Made by a program: the position numbers and the translations under genes. Positions 39,521 to 55,169 of a stretch of DNA of 64,000 nucleotides are shown piece after piece. Every line of letters starts with the position of its first letter. Positions within the stretch are counted from its first letter, which is position 1. Under the pieces are notes generated by a model. The model was not told where the DNA came from and did no database searches. It saw only the letters and a list, made by a program, of their open reading frames with translations. This DNA is from the human T2T-CHM13v2.0 reference genome, Homo sapiens. The stretch lies in assembly GCF_009914755.1 (NCBI RefSeq), contig NC_060930.1; one strand, given 5' to 3'.

Positions 39521-42500
39521 ATTTTTTTTTTTTGTAAGCTGCGTGTGCTCAGATTGAGGAAGCAGTTTTGTCACACATGTTCAACACGTTCCACGCTGGT
39601 CACAAGCTAGCAAGGTCAGGTAGTTTTTCGCCCACTTGTTCGAAAACCTATTAGTTCCTGCCCACCCTGCTCTTCGCTTTTCCTCCTCTCTCCTAAGGGC
39701 TGCAGCCTTCTGGAGCTGACTCAGGCGAGAGGCGTCCAGAGCCCAAATAGGGGTCACACCTGCTGTCGAGAGAGTCCTCTGCATAAAAATGCTCTTTAAA
39801 ATTTTTAAAATCAGCATAATGGCCAATGGACTTAACAAAGCGTGACTTGCCCAGGCTGCACGGAGGGCAACTCTGGCAGTCATCTGTAACTCGACCAGTT
39901 AACGTCCCGAACGTGCCTGTTCGCGGAGATATTAGCAAACGTTTCAAGGATGTGGCTGTCAGATGTCATTAGCCAACGCTTGCTCACCCAACCATTTGCC
40001 TAACTGGGAGGAGGGCATGGCCACGGCGTATAGGCGTAGAATTTGGGGGGAGGGAGGGGTGCCACAGTTTGTTCCCTGTAATAGCCACATGTCCCGAATT
40101 GTGCAGACATTTATCAAATGACTAGAGAAAAGCTGGCACATGAATGCTGGGGTACAGAGACGTGGAAAGGGGAGCTTCTCTGAGACTGAGACTGAACATG
40201 CAAGTCATTCAAGTCTTCTCTAGTGTGGAAACTCCCCAAACCAGACAGGTCTACTGCGCAGAATAGGGTGGAGGATCGAGTCCAGTCACTGAGCCCTAGC
40301 ACTTGCCATGTGAACCATAAGGCCCTGAACACTGGAAATTCAGCGTCCGGACTCTCAATCAGATGCCCTAGAGCTCAGAAGCACCTGATTGCGCGGAAGG
40401 CTGGTGGTGGTTACTTGGGCAAAGAGAGTGCGACTCGAAACTCGAGTTTCTCGGATTTAGGAAATCCGATCTTTAGACAGTTTCTACACAGCGTTGGATT
40501 TTACTTCTAAACGGTCAGCTGCTTGTTCTAAGTTTGAAAAGGGTCAGGTAGGTTTTGTACAGAATGGCTGAGAAAGTACTAGGCAACGCAACGAAAACAA
40601 CTATAAAACCAAATCAAACCTCAGTGCTCCATTAGCTAGTCCTCGCCAAACAAATAAAAAACATACAAAAAATGCCAGTACTAACTTTTGAGATTAAAGC
40701 ATCAATCTTGGGAAGACTTTTGGGTAAATGTTATTCTCTCTGATACATGGTTTGCCAAGTGACTAGGTGAAAGGCCCTTTTGGGGGACTGTAGTTAGGGC
40801 TACTTACTCACATACACACCATATCACAATATGGGAACTCCCCAATATTAGGACTAAATAAAACTCAACCACAACAAAGTAGTGTTTGCCAATGTGAATT
40901 TTATGAGAGACGCATATGTTAAGCAGAAGGAATTTTTGTTGTTGTTGTTGTTTTTCTCATTGCTTAGGTTTTAAGGCTCTTGCTTCTCTTGCTTTCAATA
41001 TAGAATTCTTTTGGCCAGGGATTCCTAAAGATGGGGAACTATCAAGATTGAGGCAAAAGCAAGGCTTTTTAAAAATAGGTTGTTTCACATGCTTTTCCTT
41101 TTGCTATGTTTAGGGAGGCAGGAGAGGGGGCCACAGGCATGAGCCCTCCCAGTGAAATGAGACCCCTGAATGATGCGTTCACTTTTATGTTCAATCTAAA
41201 TATTCTTTTCTTCTTCAAAGATGAAGACCATTCAAGACAATGGGGCCAAATAATCTAAAGAAGGATCAAGCTGATCTTGGTCCCTGTGACCTTTTACCCT
41301 TCCTTTAATTCTCAGGAGTGAACATCTGTGTTTGGAGCCAATGTCTGAAAGTAATAAAGACAATTAGAGCATTTTATTTTTTCTTGGGAGGGGGAGTTGG
41401 GTGCCAGTGTGCAGAGGTTAAATCTTTGTCTATGACACTGCTTTTCAGGATGAAACTAATGGAATAACATCAACTAAGCCTTCCTGCTTCTCAGGCCCTG
41501 AGGAATGGAGTGTACTAATTATGTACTCTGAAGCTATAGGTAATTCATGTGTTTCTTCCCCATCTTTATTAGTCTGTGGGCATTTAAAAAACGATCCTAT
41601 CATATGTCACCTATACACAGGAGCAGAAGACAGTCTGCCTCTCTTCAACCTTGTTTGGGGTTTACTTTCAGATGTGAGGACTATTAAATTAGGTTCCGGA
41701 ATACATTTTCACTCTCTCGTCAGTTTTGTGAAGGCACTTCCCTCTTTCATCCACCTAAAAACAAATTAAGTCAAACCAAACCCCAACCTTGACAAAACAC
41801 TAATACTCACTACATGTTTGTCAATTTTTTGAAAAGTGCTTCAACCTTTAGTGTGTAAAACTGCAAAGTCTACTAATCTCAAGCCCATTTGAAAGGGTCA
41901 AACATCTGAAAGAATAAGATATTCCAGAGATAACCAACTAGAGAAATGTATCTCCAAAACAGTGAAATAAGACATTTTCTCGGTACATGTTGTCCTTATG
42001 GCACTCTGTTGTGGGTTTTTGATGATCCAAAGCTTGTCTCTTGGAAAGGATATACCTGCGATCTTGAATGAGCAAACCTATTACATATGCATGCAGAAAA
42101 CTCCATAACAACTTAAAACTTTTGGGTGAAGTTAAGGTTGAAAAGTGACAAAATATCTCTCTATATCTCTATCTCTCTGTATGTATCTCCTGGAATCACA
42201 ATTGCAGTGAAACTTTTTTCCTAATGGATGTCATTTGGAAAAGCCATCCTATTTTTAATGTTCTAAAATTTGTAGAAGGGGATATGTCTAGTAACCAGAG
42301 TCTGAAACCTTAAAATGAGGGTAGAGTTTTCCTGTCAACTGCATACTGGATAGCTTCCCTGCATGTCATCACTCTAACATGGACACAGAAACATGAGTTT
42401 GCAGTTGAATCATTCTACATTTAATCACATATGTGCACACGTAGAAGACTGTTATCACTCATCATTTCTCCTTGATGTTAAACATGTGTTGGGAATTTTG

Positions 42501-44024
42501 GAACTCTGACTTCTCCAGGTCATATTTGTGACTTTGTTCTTACACATGCAGTTTAGAAACCTACAAGGTGGTAACTAGGTTATTCTTCCTCTGTCCCGTT
42601 TTTTTTGTTGTTGTTGTTTTTTGTTTTTTTTTGTTTTTGCTGTTAATAACTCTGTCCTTCCTTTCCTCTCCCTCACTGACTTCCCCCTCCCCAGCATTCT
42701 GTCAAGCAATAGGCTGTAAAATAGTTATCCAGACCAGCAGCCAGGCAAGTGCCGTTTGAGAGTAATTTCTGCCCCAAGCATTTAGCCCAGGGCAAAGCAA
42801 GCGTGCTCTCTAACTGATCAACCTGGATATTTCATTATTCATTAATTTACTGTTTAACCAAATCCCACTCATTATCAGAGGCAACGCTTGGCAGAGCCCA
42901 GCGAACAGTAGCAGTTGGTGTCAGGCGTGGAGAATTGGCCCATTTGATCCTGGGCTGTTTTATTATTCAACACCACTGACTGAGAAAAAGGTCCATGAAT
43001 AATAAAGAGCCAAAGCGTGTTTGAACTGAGAAGCATGACACAGCCTTACAAAACAGCAGTTAGAAAATTAAAGGCAAGGTGGCCCAGACTTTGCATTTTT
43101 TATCTTGGCTGTGGTCGCAGACATTTATATCCCTACATTGTTTTCAATGATTTTTTTTTTTCAAGTCTTTAAGACAGAGACATTTGTTTCAGTTGCACCC
43201 TTTCAAAACAGGCCATTGAAGAACTCAGGAGCAAACTTACACAGCAAGAAACAAACATGCCTCCAGATGGGAACTTGAAAATGTAATTTCTAACCTTATG
43301 ATCAGTTAGGTCCTTTGTGGCCCTTCTCAGCTATAGGGAAGATTTGGGTGATTTTGATTCTCCTTTGGACTTGCCATCATCCATACCCTGGGTTGTTTTA
43401 ATAATATAATTCATCATGCCAATCAAACACGTTATATTCCTTTTCTATCCAGCTGATTCCTTGACAAGTCTTTGGGTCGGTAAGCACCTGGCCACACAGG
43501 GCATATAGCAAGGGGTTTATGGGGCCCTATAGGTAATATTTAAGGTCTCATTAATACGAAAGAAGGGCTTATGAAATATATATGGATGGAGGGAGTAGAA
43601 GCACCTTTTCTGAATCTACACAGACAACAGTGGTCATGAGTTCTCAGGCTCTGGTTAGGTCTGTAAGTGTACAGTTGAATTGAATACACTTGTTGGATCT
43701 ATTAGTGGCAGGCCTGAAAGTATGGTGTCTCTAGGACTGATCTGTTCTGTCATTTATTCTAGTCATGCATCTTTTTAATCCATTGCTTTGTAGTCCTTGA
43801 ATAAGTAAGATGGAACTTAAAACTGTAATGATAACAGTACCCTTTTAATGTTTCCTTCTACTGCCTAGTAACATTTTATCCACACACAGCCTTACTTAGG
43901 CAGAAAAAATAGAGTGCAGGAGCTATGGCTCTTTTATTTAGATAAGCAATAGCTGTGTAAGAAAAAGTTTCTGACTACCAACAAAGTCCACATGGGCTAC
44001 CTATACCCATCAAAAGTAATATAT

Positions 44025-44166
44025 AGCTGGGCATGGTGACACACACTTGTAATCCTAGCTACTCTGGATTCTGGAGGCTGAGGCAGGAGGGATGCTTGAG
44101 CCCAAGACTGCAGGACCAGCCTGGGCAATGTAGTAATACCCCTGTCTCAAAAAAAAAAAAAAAAAA
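44025..44166 (+). mobile_element. Alu monomer (FLAM-like)
   Basis: Single arm plus poly(A); TSD aaaagtaatatata / aaaagataatatata. Confidence 0.88.
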
Positions 44167-44368
44167 GATAATATATATAATCTTCATAACTCGGCCAGGT
44201 AGAATGGCCAGGGTGCTAAATACTTAGAATGAGATGTAAAACTCCTGTTCAAAGGTGGTAATGGTGAAACCAAATTTCAAGTGATTTTTAATATTGGCAT
44301 CTGTAAACCAATGCCGAAAACACTAGAGGGATGTTAACTTTTTTACCTTAGGACATTCACTTGCTTGC

Positions 44369-44727
44369 CAATATGGTTTGGCTGTGTCCCCACCCAAATC
44401 TCACCTTGAATTATAACAATCCACACATGTCAAGGGCAGGGCCAGGTAGAGAAAACTGAATCATGGGGGCAGTTTTCCCCATACTGTTCTGGTTCTGGTG
44501 GTAGTGAATAAGTCTCACAAGATCTGATGATCTTATAAATGGGAATCCCCCTGCACAGGCTCTCTTGCCTGTGTCATGTAAGACATGCCTTTGCTTCTCC
44601 TTTGCCTTCTGCCATGATTGTGAGGTCTCCCCAGCCATGCTGAACTGAATCCGTTATACCTCTTTCCTTTATAAATTACTCAGTCTTGGGTATGTCTTTA
44701 TTAGCAGTTTGAGAACAGACTAATACA
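44369..44727 (+). mobile_element. THE1-family (MaLR) solo LTR
   Basis: atatggtttggctgtgtccccacccaaatctcaccttgaatt...gagaacagactaataca; 5-bp TSD CTTGC at 44364-44368 and 44728-44732. Confidence 0.93.
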
Positions 44728-45194
44728 CTTGCCTTGTATGCATTTGGAAACTGTTGTTAATAAGTTGAATTTAAAATAGGATGCAACATTAGCTTGGAAA
44801 GAGTTCTTTTAACATCATAAGATGTTAAAGAATGGCTTGTCCAACCTCAGGCATGTAACTCTCGACAGAACTGCAAATATAACTTTGGTGTCAAAGTGCT
44901 CTTCCCTCTACAATAGATGTTAGAGCTTAGGTTTCTATTTTAGATATTAGTGTCAATTTTTTTCTACATATCTTTCTATGGCTTTGAAGGAAGAGAGCTT
45001 AAAAAAATTCTGATCCAATTGGACTGGAGTACAATATTTTTAAACTTATAACTTTTTACTTTTATTTTTTATTTTTAAAATTTCAACTTTTATTTTAGAT
45101 TATGAGTTACATGCGCAGGTTTTTTACATGGGTATATTGCAAGATGCTGAGGTTTGGGGTATGACTGAACCCATCATCCAGGTAGTAAGCATAG

Positions 45195-45538
<344 letters not shown>

Positions 45539-45955
45539 TTCCCTGCCTCCCCCGTCTTCTTGTCCACAGTGTTTATTGTTCTCATGTTTATGTAAATGTA
45601 TACCCAATGTTTAGCTCTCACTTGTGAGAATATGAAGTATATTTGGTTTTCTGTTTCTGTATTAATTCAATTGAATAATGGCCTCCAGGTGCATCCATGT
45701 TGATGCAAAGGACATGATTTTGTTCCTTTTTATGGTGGCATAGTATTCCACAGTGTATATGTACCACATTTTCTTTATTCAATTCACTGTTGATGGGCAT
45801 CTAGGTTGATTCCATGTCTTTGCTATTGTGACTAATGCTTCAATGAACATACAGGGGCATGTGTATTTTTCATAGAATGATTTATTTTTCTTTTGGGTAC
45901 ATATATCCAGTAATGAGATTGCTTGGTCAAATGGTAGTTCTGTTTTTAGTTCTTT

Positions 45956-46439
45956 TTTGTTGTTGTCACAGATTTATTGAAAATAATACAGCATTGCAGA
46001 AAAGATTCAAACAGGTCCCCGAGGCATTTTGAAATTCATCCCAACTGTAGGCTGAGTGACCTGCAGGTTAGACAGACCACCAAAGTCCAAAAGCTTCAGC
46101 ATTTCTTTAGTGTCAGGATCTACTTCAATGATCTCCTGATCCAGGGCTGAGATCTCAGGAACATAATTGTCTCTCCTTTCTCTCACCTCCTCCTGCAGCT
46201 TGATGGAGATACCTCTTACTGGGCCTCTCTGAATCTGCTTCATCAGATGGGTGACATAACCTGCTGTCTTGTTGTGGAGCTTCTTGCTGGGGATAATGGC
46301 AATCTCCTTGCACATGTGCTTGTTTGTGTGGAAGTCGTTGCCCAGGTGCATGTAGTACTTTTCTATGATGACCCAGGCAGCCTTCTTCATGGTTTTGGTG
46401 CAAACGTGGCCCATGTTGGTGAGTCCTTGGTAAAAGAGG
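45956..46439 (-). pseudogene. RPS17P5: Processed pseudogene of 40S ribosomal protein S17 (eS17); ORF 46414-46007 intact, 135 aa
   Basis: Intronless RPS17-like ORF; 5'TOP leader cctcttttaccaagg; AATAAA at 45978-45973 (minus strand); decayed poly(A); TSD tagttcttt at 45947-45955 and 46440-46448. The P5 number is recalled, not shown by the sequence. Confidence 0.95.
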
Positions 46440-47639
46440 TAGTTCTTTGAGAAATCTCCAAACTGCTTTCCACAGAGGCTGAACTAATTTAAATTCTCAC
46501 CAACAGTGTATAAGTGTTTCCTTTTCTCCATGGCCTCACCAACATCTGTTATTGTTTGACTTTTTCATAACAGCCATTCTGACTGGTATGAGATGATATC
46601 TCATCTTGGTTTTGATTTGCGTGTCCCTGATGATTAGTGCTTTCGAGCATTTTTTTCATATGTTCATTGACTGCTTGTATGTCTTCTTTGAGAAGTGTCT
46701 GTTCATGTCCTTTGCTCACTTTTTAATGAGGTTATCTGTTTTTTGCTTATTAAATTGTTTAAGTTCCTCATAGATTCTGAATATTGGAACTTTGTTGGAT
46801 ATTTGTGAATATTTTATCCCATTCTGTAGATTGTCTATTTACTCCTGAGTAATTATTTTTAAAAACAGATCCTTTACAATGGATACTCTTTTGGTGCACA
46901 ATTTTTGGCATTACTTGCAAGAAGAGGGAAAAATTTTTCCTCCAACTTCGTTGGTATTGGAAAGTCAGAGTAATAAGAAAAAGAACCCTGTTGTTTCCCT
47001 TCTCAATATGGGGTCCAAGTCATTCGCCTATTATTATAAATAAAAGTGACTGTAAATTATTATAACTAAGTATGAACATGATTGAAACTTATGACAGATA
47101 AAGATAATGCTTTGACTTCTCAAGTCATACTAGCCCTGATTAAATCCACATCCTTGGGTTTGCCCACATGTGAAGAACTCTTGAAGTGAAGAAAATTAGA
47201 TAAATATCAAACATTCATCCACTTGAGAATCACAAGGTCCTTGTTCTCCTTTTGTTTTCCTAACCTTGCTCTAGGTTGAATTGAATCTTTATCAATTCAG
47301 TGTCTTGAATTGATCCAGATATTGAATCTTTTTCCGAAGTGAGATGTGGTCTAGGACTTTTAAGATTCTTGGGTACCACTTTAAGTCTTTGGGATTTAGA
47401 ACTTCAAAGAGTTGGGAAGAGCAGTGCATGGGAGGTACTCGTCTTCATAATCTGTTTCTCTTCTAGGAGAAGATCTGTTGAAAATTTGGAAGGAGAAAAA
47501 TTTGGCATTTTTTCTGGACTTCATGAATCATAAAGACAAACAGACTTAGTATAAATATTACTTCACCTGAGAAAATGTCCTTTCCTAACTCCTCTACCTG
47601 TTATAATTACTCCTTTTTAACTTTTCTGTCAACTAATCT

Positions 47640-48112
<473 letters not shown>

Positions 48113-48289
48113 GTGCTGTATGTTCCCAGAGCACTTTATTTCATAACTTGACACTTACTCTTTTGGCCCATAGTTCTATAAAATTCTGTCTCCCTGGTCA
48201 CTTCATATGATAAACTGAGTATAAAGACCACATCTTAGTCAACTTACATAAGACATAACCTCTAGGAGCTGCTTGCTCATTAAGTGAGT

Positions 48290-48667
<378 letters not shown>

Positions 48668-49399
48668 TAAATAAGTTCTTCTTTTTAAAAATCCCCAACA
48701 CCAAGTGGTGGTGTAGAACAATCACCAAGTTCTACAATCTGGGGCTACATCAGAAAATAAGACAGACCTAGTCCTTTACCTTATGAAATTTACAGTTATT
48801 TTGTCCTTGAGGGCACATATATTGTCCTTGCATTTGCAAATCTATCTAGGGTTTGCTAATAGCTCACCAAGAGGCATCATAGTAGAACAAATAATTGTTA
48901 AGTGTGTGCTAGCCACTGTGCTAGGTGTTGGCTACAAGAGGGCAGATGAACCAAGCTACAGAGGTCTTGATTTGGACATACTGTTTTATCGGCCCTTAGG
49001 ACTGACCCATTCTGTGTTTTCTAAAACTTGTGTGTTTGTGAGATTTTCATTTAAACTCCGCTTACTTGACACATTAAATCGCAAAGATTTTTAAAATCTA
49101 AAATATTCCTACAAATTGCTAAAAAAAATCTTATGGTTTCAATGCCTGCCCCTGCACTCTAAATGGTAAATAGAATGAATAGATGTTTGTAGATTGCTTC
49201 AATTTCCGTTTTACCCCAAGTGGGACACAGTACACTTTTTGGTAATAATGAACATAAAATATATATCTGGTTATTTCAATATGATATGTGTCATCTTCAT
49301 TTCCTTCTAAATCAAAGATAAGTATCCATTGCAGAGAAAATAATGAGAACATATTTGCCTTTCACTTTATGAAGTACTTTCATTACTTTAAATAACATC

Positions 49400-49525
49400 A
49401 TCTGATCCTTGCACCAAGTCTGAGATGTAGGGTGGTTACCATAGCACTTCTCTTGATTTTACAGGTGAGGAAACCTAGGCTCAAGTTGACACTCAAGCTC
49501 ACCTTGCAAGATAGTGGCAGAGCTG
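49400..49525 (-). mobile_element. MIR fragment
   Basis: attttacaggtgaggaaacctaggctca...atagtggcagagc. Confidence 0.6.
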
Positions 49526-51439
49526 ATAAGGTCAGTGCTCTGTCATCCTATACTGCTATAAATATAAGTATGCATCCACAGGCATCACATAAATATGCAA
49601 ATACCAAATTTCGCTAAAATACTTGAAATGCAAAAGCAAAAAATCTAGTATATTAATGTATTATAGCATAATATATGTTTTAGCAGCTTATTAATTTGCA
49701 TTAGCTAGAGAAAGATGTGCTTCTCACATTTGTGGGAAATTTGAACTATGGAATATTTTTAAAAGGATGAAAATTTATCTCTTTCAAGTATATGAAAGAA
49801 GTGGACCTGCAATAACTAAAGATTCCTTTTAGAGGTCCTTAGAGTGCCTACTTTGGTTAATACTTAAGAATGCTTTGCAATTATACTCTCAATTATCTGT
49901 GTGTAAATGGGTGTTCCTGAAGTACTTGAGGATGGTAACAACAGTGTATTCTCTTAGTCTACATATGCTCCCTATAAACTTTATTTACACTACAGATTTG
50001 TTCAGCAAGACTTTTGTCCATTGATATGGTAAAGAAAAACTTCTGCTTAGCCAGACTTTCAGTAGATCAGAAATTCCAATTTAAGTGAGTCTGAATTAAT
50101 GAGGTTTTACTTTATTTGCAATTTAATAGGTGTTACCCCATATATCTATCTTTACATACATGTATAACTTTATTAATATACATGTTTTTATACATTTTAA
50201 CAGTACTCTGCAGAGCTACTGACTTGATTTATCAATGAACCTAAGACATTTCAAATTATTTTATAGCTTCTTAGCATAGATTTGCCTTAGTCCATCTGTA
50301 GCTGTGGAGGAAAAATTCTGTTTCCTTAAGTCCTTTTATGAGGGTGCCAAAAGGTATAAAAATATGAAGCCATTTAATAGCCAGGCTCTTTCAAACTACC
50401 AAGCACACACAGTGTGGGTGCTAAGTTTAATCACAGTGATGGATTTACATGTAATGTCTCAATTCCAGACTCCCTCATTAGTGCAGTCAATCTTGAAGTT
50501 CTCCCCGGTGAGAAGGGTGAAGGTGACTTCAACACCCCTGAGAGGATGGCTGGATATTGACAAGACCCAGAAAAAGACAGTGGGAAAAATCTCTACCATA
50601 TGAGGCTATAATCCTAGCTGTGGTCAATGTGTTGAAAGCTTTATATTTCCTGACCACAGGATCTTTCTATAAAATGATCAGGGAGGAGGGATATTCCTAG
50701 GATTAGCCAGCTGGCTATTCCTGTATGCTTATTAAAATTTCTGGAAGAAATGGTGGGGCCTTTAAACCCTTTTACAATAAAATGACTATATCTGTTTGAG
50801 AAATCATAAGCTTTTCCCTCCTCCAACTATTTCATGCAAGAGGGCAGAATAAAATATTTTCAAACTTAAAATTTGACAGTTGCAGCAAAGAAATGGGAAT
50901 ATAGAAAATGGTGGTAAAAACAGCAGTAGCAGCAGAAGCAAGGAGAGAATCCAGATGTCACCTTTGCAGGAAGTCTTTTTCTCCTCTAAGGACCCGCAGG
51001 TCAGGCTTTTAAATTTTGGACAAAACACAGTTTTATTCCATGCCATGCAGAGTGTGGAGACAGCCTTGTCTTTTGGAGGCTGCATTTGGAACCCGCTGCC
51101 TCTTTGTATTCAACACCCACGTGTTATTCCTCTAGCTTGCTGAGTGAATCCCTGCACAATAGTGGCATTAAAGAAAGCAAAGCACTGGCAATGCATTTGG
51201 CCTCTTTGTTTAGGAGAAAAAAACCAAGCAACTTAACACTTAACATTCATCAGAAGACACTGGGTCATCAGGAACACTGTAGAAGTAGCATTAGAATTGG
51301 GTCCCTTTTACAAGAAATCCTCAGAGTGTTTAGTCAATAGTACCAGATGCAGGAATATTGTGTTTTATAGTCTTCTTTCTCCTCTTCCTTCTCCCCTGCC
51401 TCTTCTTTTCGATAGAGATTTAGTAAGTGGGGCCAAGAT

Positions 51440-51440
<1 letters not shown>

Positions 51441-51486
<46 letters not shown>

Positions 51487-51496
51487 CTCTCTCTCC
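51441..51496 (+). repeat. (CA)21 followed by a (CT)n microsatellite
   Basis: Seen directly. Confidence 0.95.
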
Positions 51497-54037
51497 ATGT
51501 GTGTGTGTCTCTGAATATATAGGTAGATCTCCATTTCCTTCTTCCTCTCCCTCTCCTTTAAATAGATCACTGAGTCAACCAGATCTTCATTTTCAGATGA
51601 GGACTCCCGGGATATACATAGAGGATATCCAGTGAACCTTCAGTATCTTGACATTTTATCATTCCATTTGAGACTGTGTATTTTCTTCTAATTAGTATTT
51701 TCAGAATTTGACTGGGGCCTTGAATGAACTTGAAGGAAAATATTTTGTTGAAAAGTATAATTAAAACAATAATTAATATTTGTTTAGCTTTTGTACAGTT
51801 TATAGTATACCTTCATATATTTTATCTAATTCCCCACAACAATTTATCTAATATATTATGAACTACTTAGAATTAGTTAAGCATAGGGCTGTTGAGGAAA
51901 GTTAATAGGCTTGTTCAGCAATAAGCAACTAAAGAGATTTAACGTGACCTTCTGGAAGTCTTCTAGTTGCCATTGGACATCCTGCCACACCAGAGTCCTC
52001 CAAATCGTAATAGAAAATCAATTTGACTTATCAATTTAACTACAATAATTTAGGTGGATCATGAAAGAATGAATTAGCATATTTTGAAGGGTTGTGTATA
52101 TCTGAATTAGCATATTTTTAAAGGGATGTGTATAAGGGACCCAATTCTAATGCTACTTCTACAGTGTTCCTGATGACCCAGTATCTTCTGATGAATGTTA
52201 AGTGTGTTTCCAACCCTCTAGTTTCTGGGGGTGGGGTGTATATATACAAATCAGGAGTGGTAGTGCAGGAAGAGAGGGCACTGAGTTTTAGAAAGATCTC
52301 TGCTTTCTGGCATTTAATCATCAGGATTTAAGAGCATAAAAAGACAAAGAATATGTTAAATGATTCTCCAAAGGGGGAATGAGGAAGGGAATATAAGGAT
52401 GGAAAAGGAAGCAAGATAGGACAGAAGGGAGAAATAAAGGAAAGAACAGATTAACAAGTGAGAAAGTAAGTGAAACAGCTGGTAATACCACTGTTCTTTC
52501 TGACTCAAGGCTAATTTTGAGACCCTCAAAGATTATGTTAAAATTGACTCAGCCACATATTTAACATGAGTTTGAGACAAGAAAAGGCTTCCTTCACTCT
52601 AAATATTTCTTCTACCTGATTCTTGAATGCCAGAAATTCTCTTAACATGAGGCAAAGTTTTTCAGTTCTCTATTACAAATTAAAGATTTTTAAAGCACAA
52701 ATCTACAGGTAAAACAGTACATTAGTATGAATGATTTTCTGTCAAAATATAAAGATTAATTTCAGCCTATTTTTTGTTCAGATATATGGGATGTATTCAC
52801 AATAAAATATTCTTTGTGTTTTCAATAATGAGATGGAGTTACCACTACACAAAAAATGAATGGAGTTACTGGAGACTCTAAAGAGATATTTTACAATTTA
52901 CACCTGGTTATATCCATGCAATTGCATATGGACAAACAGGTTATTTGTAGAGATGTCTTAGTAAATGTGATGTGTATAATAAGACAGTTTACTTTGAAGT
53001 AGCCTTTCTGACCTTCTCTCAAAGATATACATCTCAGATATATAGTCAGATGATGGATTTAGAGAGCAATTGTTTTTCTAAACAAAAGAGAAATTCCAAA
53101 CCCTAGAGGAAGATTCAGAAAACTTTGTCTTGCTGGTAAATATTTTTATAAGCCTGAGCAAATGATTCAATTAATTTCAACATAGTAAACTCTACTATAT
53201 AGAGGGCAATGCACTAGCTTCTGTAGAGGATAACAAGGTGAAGAGACACAGCTTTCTAGATCCAAAAGAACATAAAGTTGAGCTAAGGAGGCAATGCTAT
53301 TTCTTAAGTTGGATAAGTTGAAGAGAAATAAAAAAAAAATGTATAATTTAAAGCTGAGTTGACTTTCCCTTCCCTTCTGTTTCCTTCTTTTCCCTTTACC
53401 TTCTATCCTTTCATCCATCCTTTTTTTTTTATTTCCTCTTACATGTTTGTTTCCTTGAGTGCCAGCTTTGTTTTTGCTCAAAGCAAGTTAGCAAGTCTGG
53501 CATTCATCAGTTTAGCAGAGATAATCCTTAGTTCCTAGAAAGGCTGATTTTGTTGTCGTTGTTGTTGTGAAATCATGAAAACAAAGGCCTAGCATTCCAG
53601 GTTTATACATGCCAATGTATCCAAGTAATAGAGGGGAAAGGCATGAATCTTCATGTAAGAAGTACTAGGTAATTAGAGATAGGTGACTTTACTATAAATT
53701 CAATTACTAGCTACTTGTGGCTTTAAGGGACTGTATCTTAGTTTATTCATTTATAAAATGGAAATATCATTTTATACTTGCCTCCTAGAGTTGCTATGAT
53801 GGTTAATATAATTAATATATGAAAAAGTGTTCCGTTTCAGTGCTACAAATGTTAGTTTACTAGAAGCCTGGATTTTTTCATTAACTAACATAGCACCTCA
53901 TGTGAAATGAAAAATAAAAAGGAACCCTATTCTGTATTTTGTATGTGAAAGAAGAGGGACATAAATTGCTTTGTAAGGTTGCACATAAAACCAACGACAG
54001 GAAAGCAAATCACCTTTACGTGTTTTATTGTATTAGC

Positions 54038-54468
54038 TGGAGTGGGTTGAATTTTGTCCTTCAAAATATATGTTTAAGTCCTAACCCTTGGCACCTGTGA
54101 AGGTGACCTGATTTTTTTTTTTTTAAGAGTCTTGCAGATATAATTAAGGTAAGGATCTTGAGATGAGATCATCTGGGATTAGGGTGGGCCCTAAACTCAG
54201 TGGTGGGTATCCTTAAAAGAGACAGAAAAGAAGATGCAAAGAGACCCAAAAAGAGAAGCCATGAGAAGACAGAGTGGAAATTAAACTGCTGTGTCTTCAA
54301 GCCAAGGAATGACAGAAATTGAGGAGAGTCACCAGAAGCTAGGAGAGAGCCATAGAATAGGTTCTCTCCCAGAACCTCCAAAAGGAATCACCCTACCAAC
54401 ATCTTATTTTCAGACTTCTGGATTTCAGAATGGTGAGAGACTAAATTTCTGTTGTTTTAAGCCACCCA
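54038..54468 (+). mobile_element. MLT1 (B/C/D-like) MaLR LTR
   Basis: tgggttgaattttgtcc...gtcctaaccc...ttagggtgggccctaaa...caagccaaggaa...tttctgttgttttaagccaccca. Confidence 0.85.
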
Positions 54469-55169
54469 AAAGATTCTAATGCAAACTAAGTTTCAGACCT
54501 ACTACTTGAGCATTGAGGGAAACAAATTTACCAAACTAGAGCTCATTATTTCTACTTAATGTCTGGCAGGTTGTTTTATAGGAAACTCTCACCTTATCTG
54601 TAGGCATGATTGATACCAACTTAGCTTCAGATAATGCTAAGAAAACTTTCATTTCAATGTCCTTTCAAGGAAATTAGCTCTAGGAATCACATAATTTTAT
54701 TGATAGGGTAATAAATACATACTATGGGCAGTTTCTGGTTTAATTTGAGAATGTCCATCTAACAAAATATATTAGATTTAGACCAAAATGTGTTACTTTT
54801 CATTTACTATCTAAACCAGAACTTGTTGGAAGTAAGAATATTCTTTTCAGATTTAACTAATTTATCATTAATAAGCTGTGTTCTTAAGTATATGGTCCTG
54901 CCAAATGCTACATTAGAAAAAGTTTCCTATGACTTGAAACCATTATCAGGATATTCATCTTTTACAACTTTAAGATGCACGTTAGCACAGTAAATGCTCT
55001 GAGAAATCTTGCAATAAGAAAACTATTTATCCCTGTTTAAGAATTACTGAAATTTCTTTGAAAATAGAAGGCTGTTTTCCTTCTCTCATATTATATCAAT
55101 GGATAATACACAAAATAAGTGATCTCCAGAAAACTGTTTTTTAAAAATATATATTATTAGAATTTTGTC

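Noticed and set aside
38673-39947. ORFs in the downstream CpG island
   Set aside because: Pro/Arg/Ala-rich chance frames with no exon structure I can support.
44620-44642. PRDM9 hotspot motif position in the THE1 LTR
   Set aside because: Reads gtctccccagccatg, which does not match the CCTCCCTNNCCAC motif.
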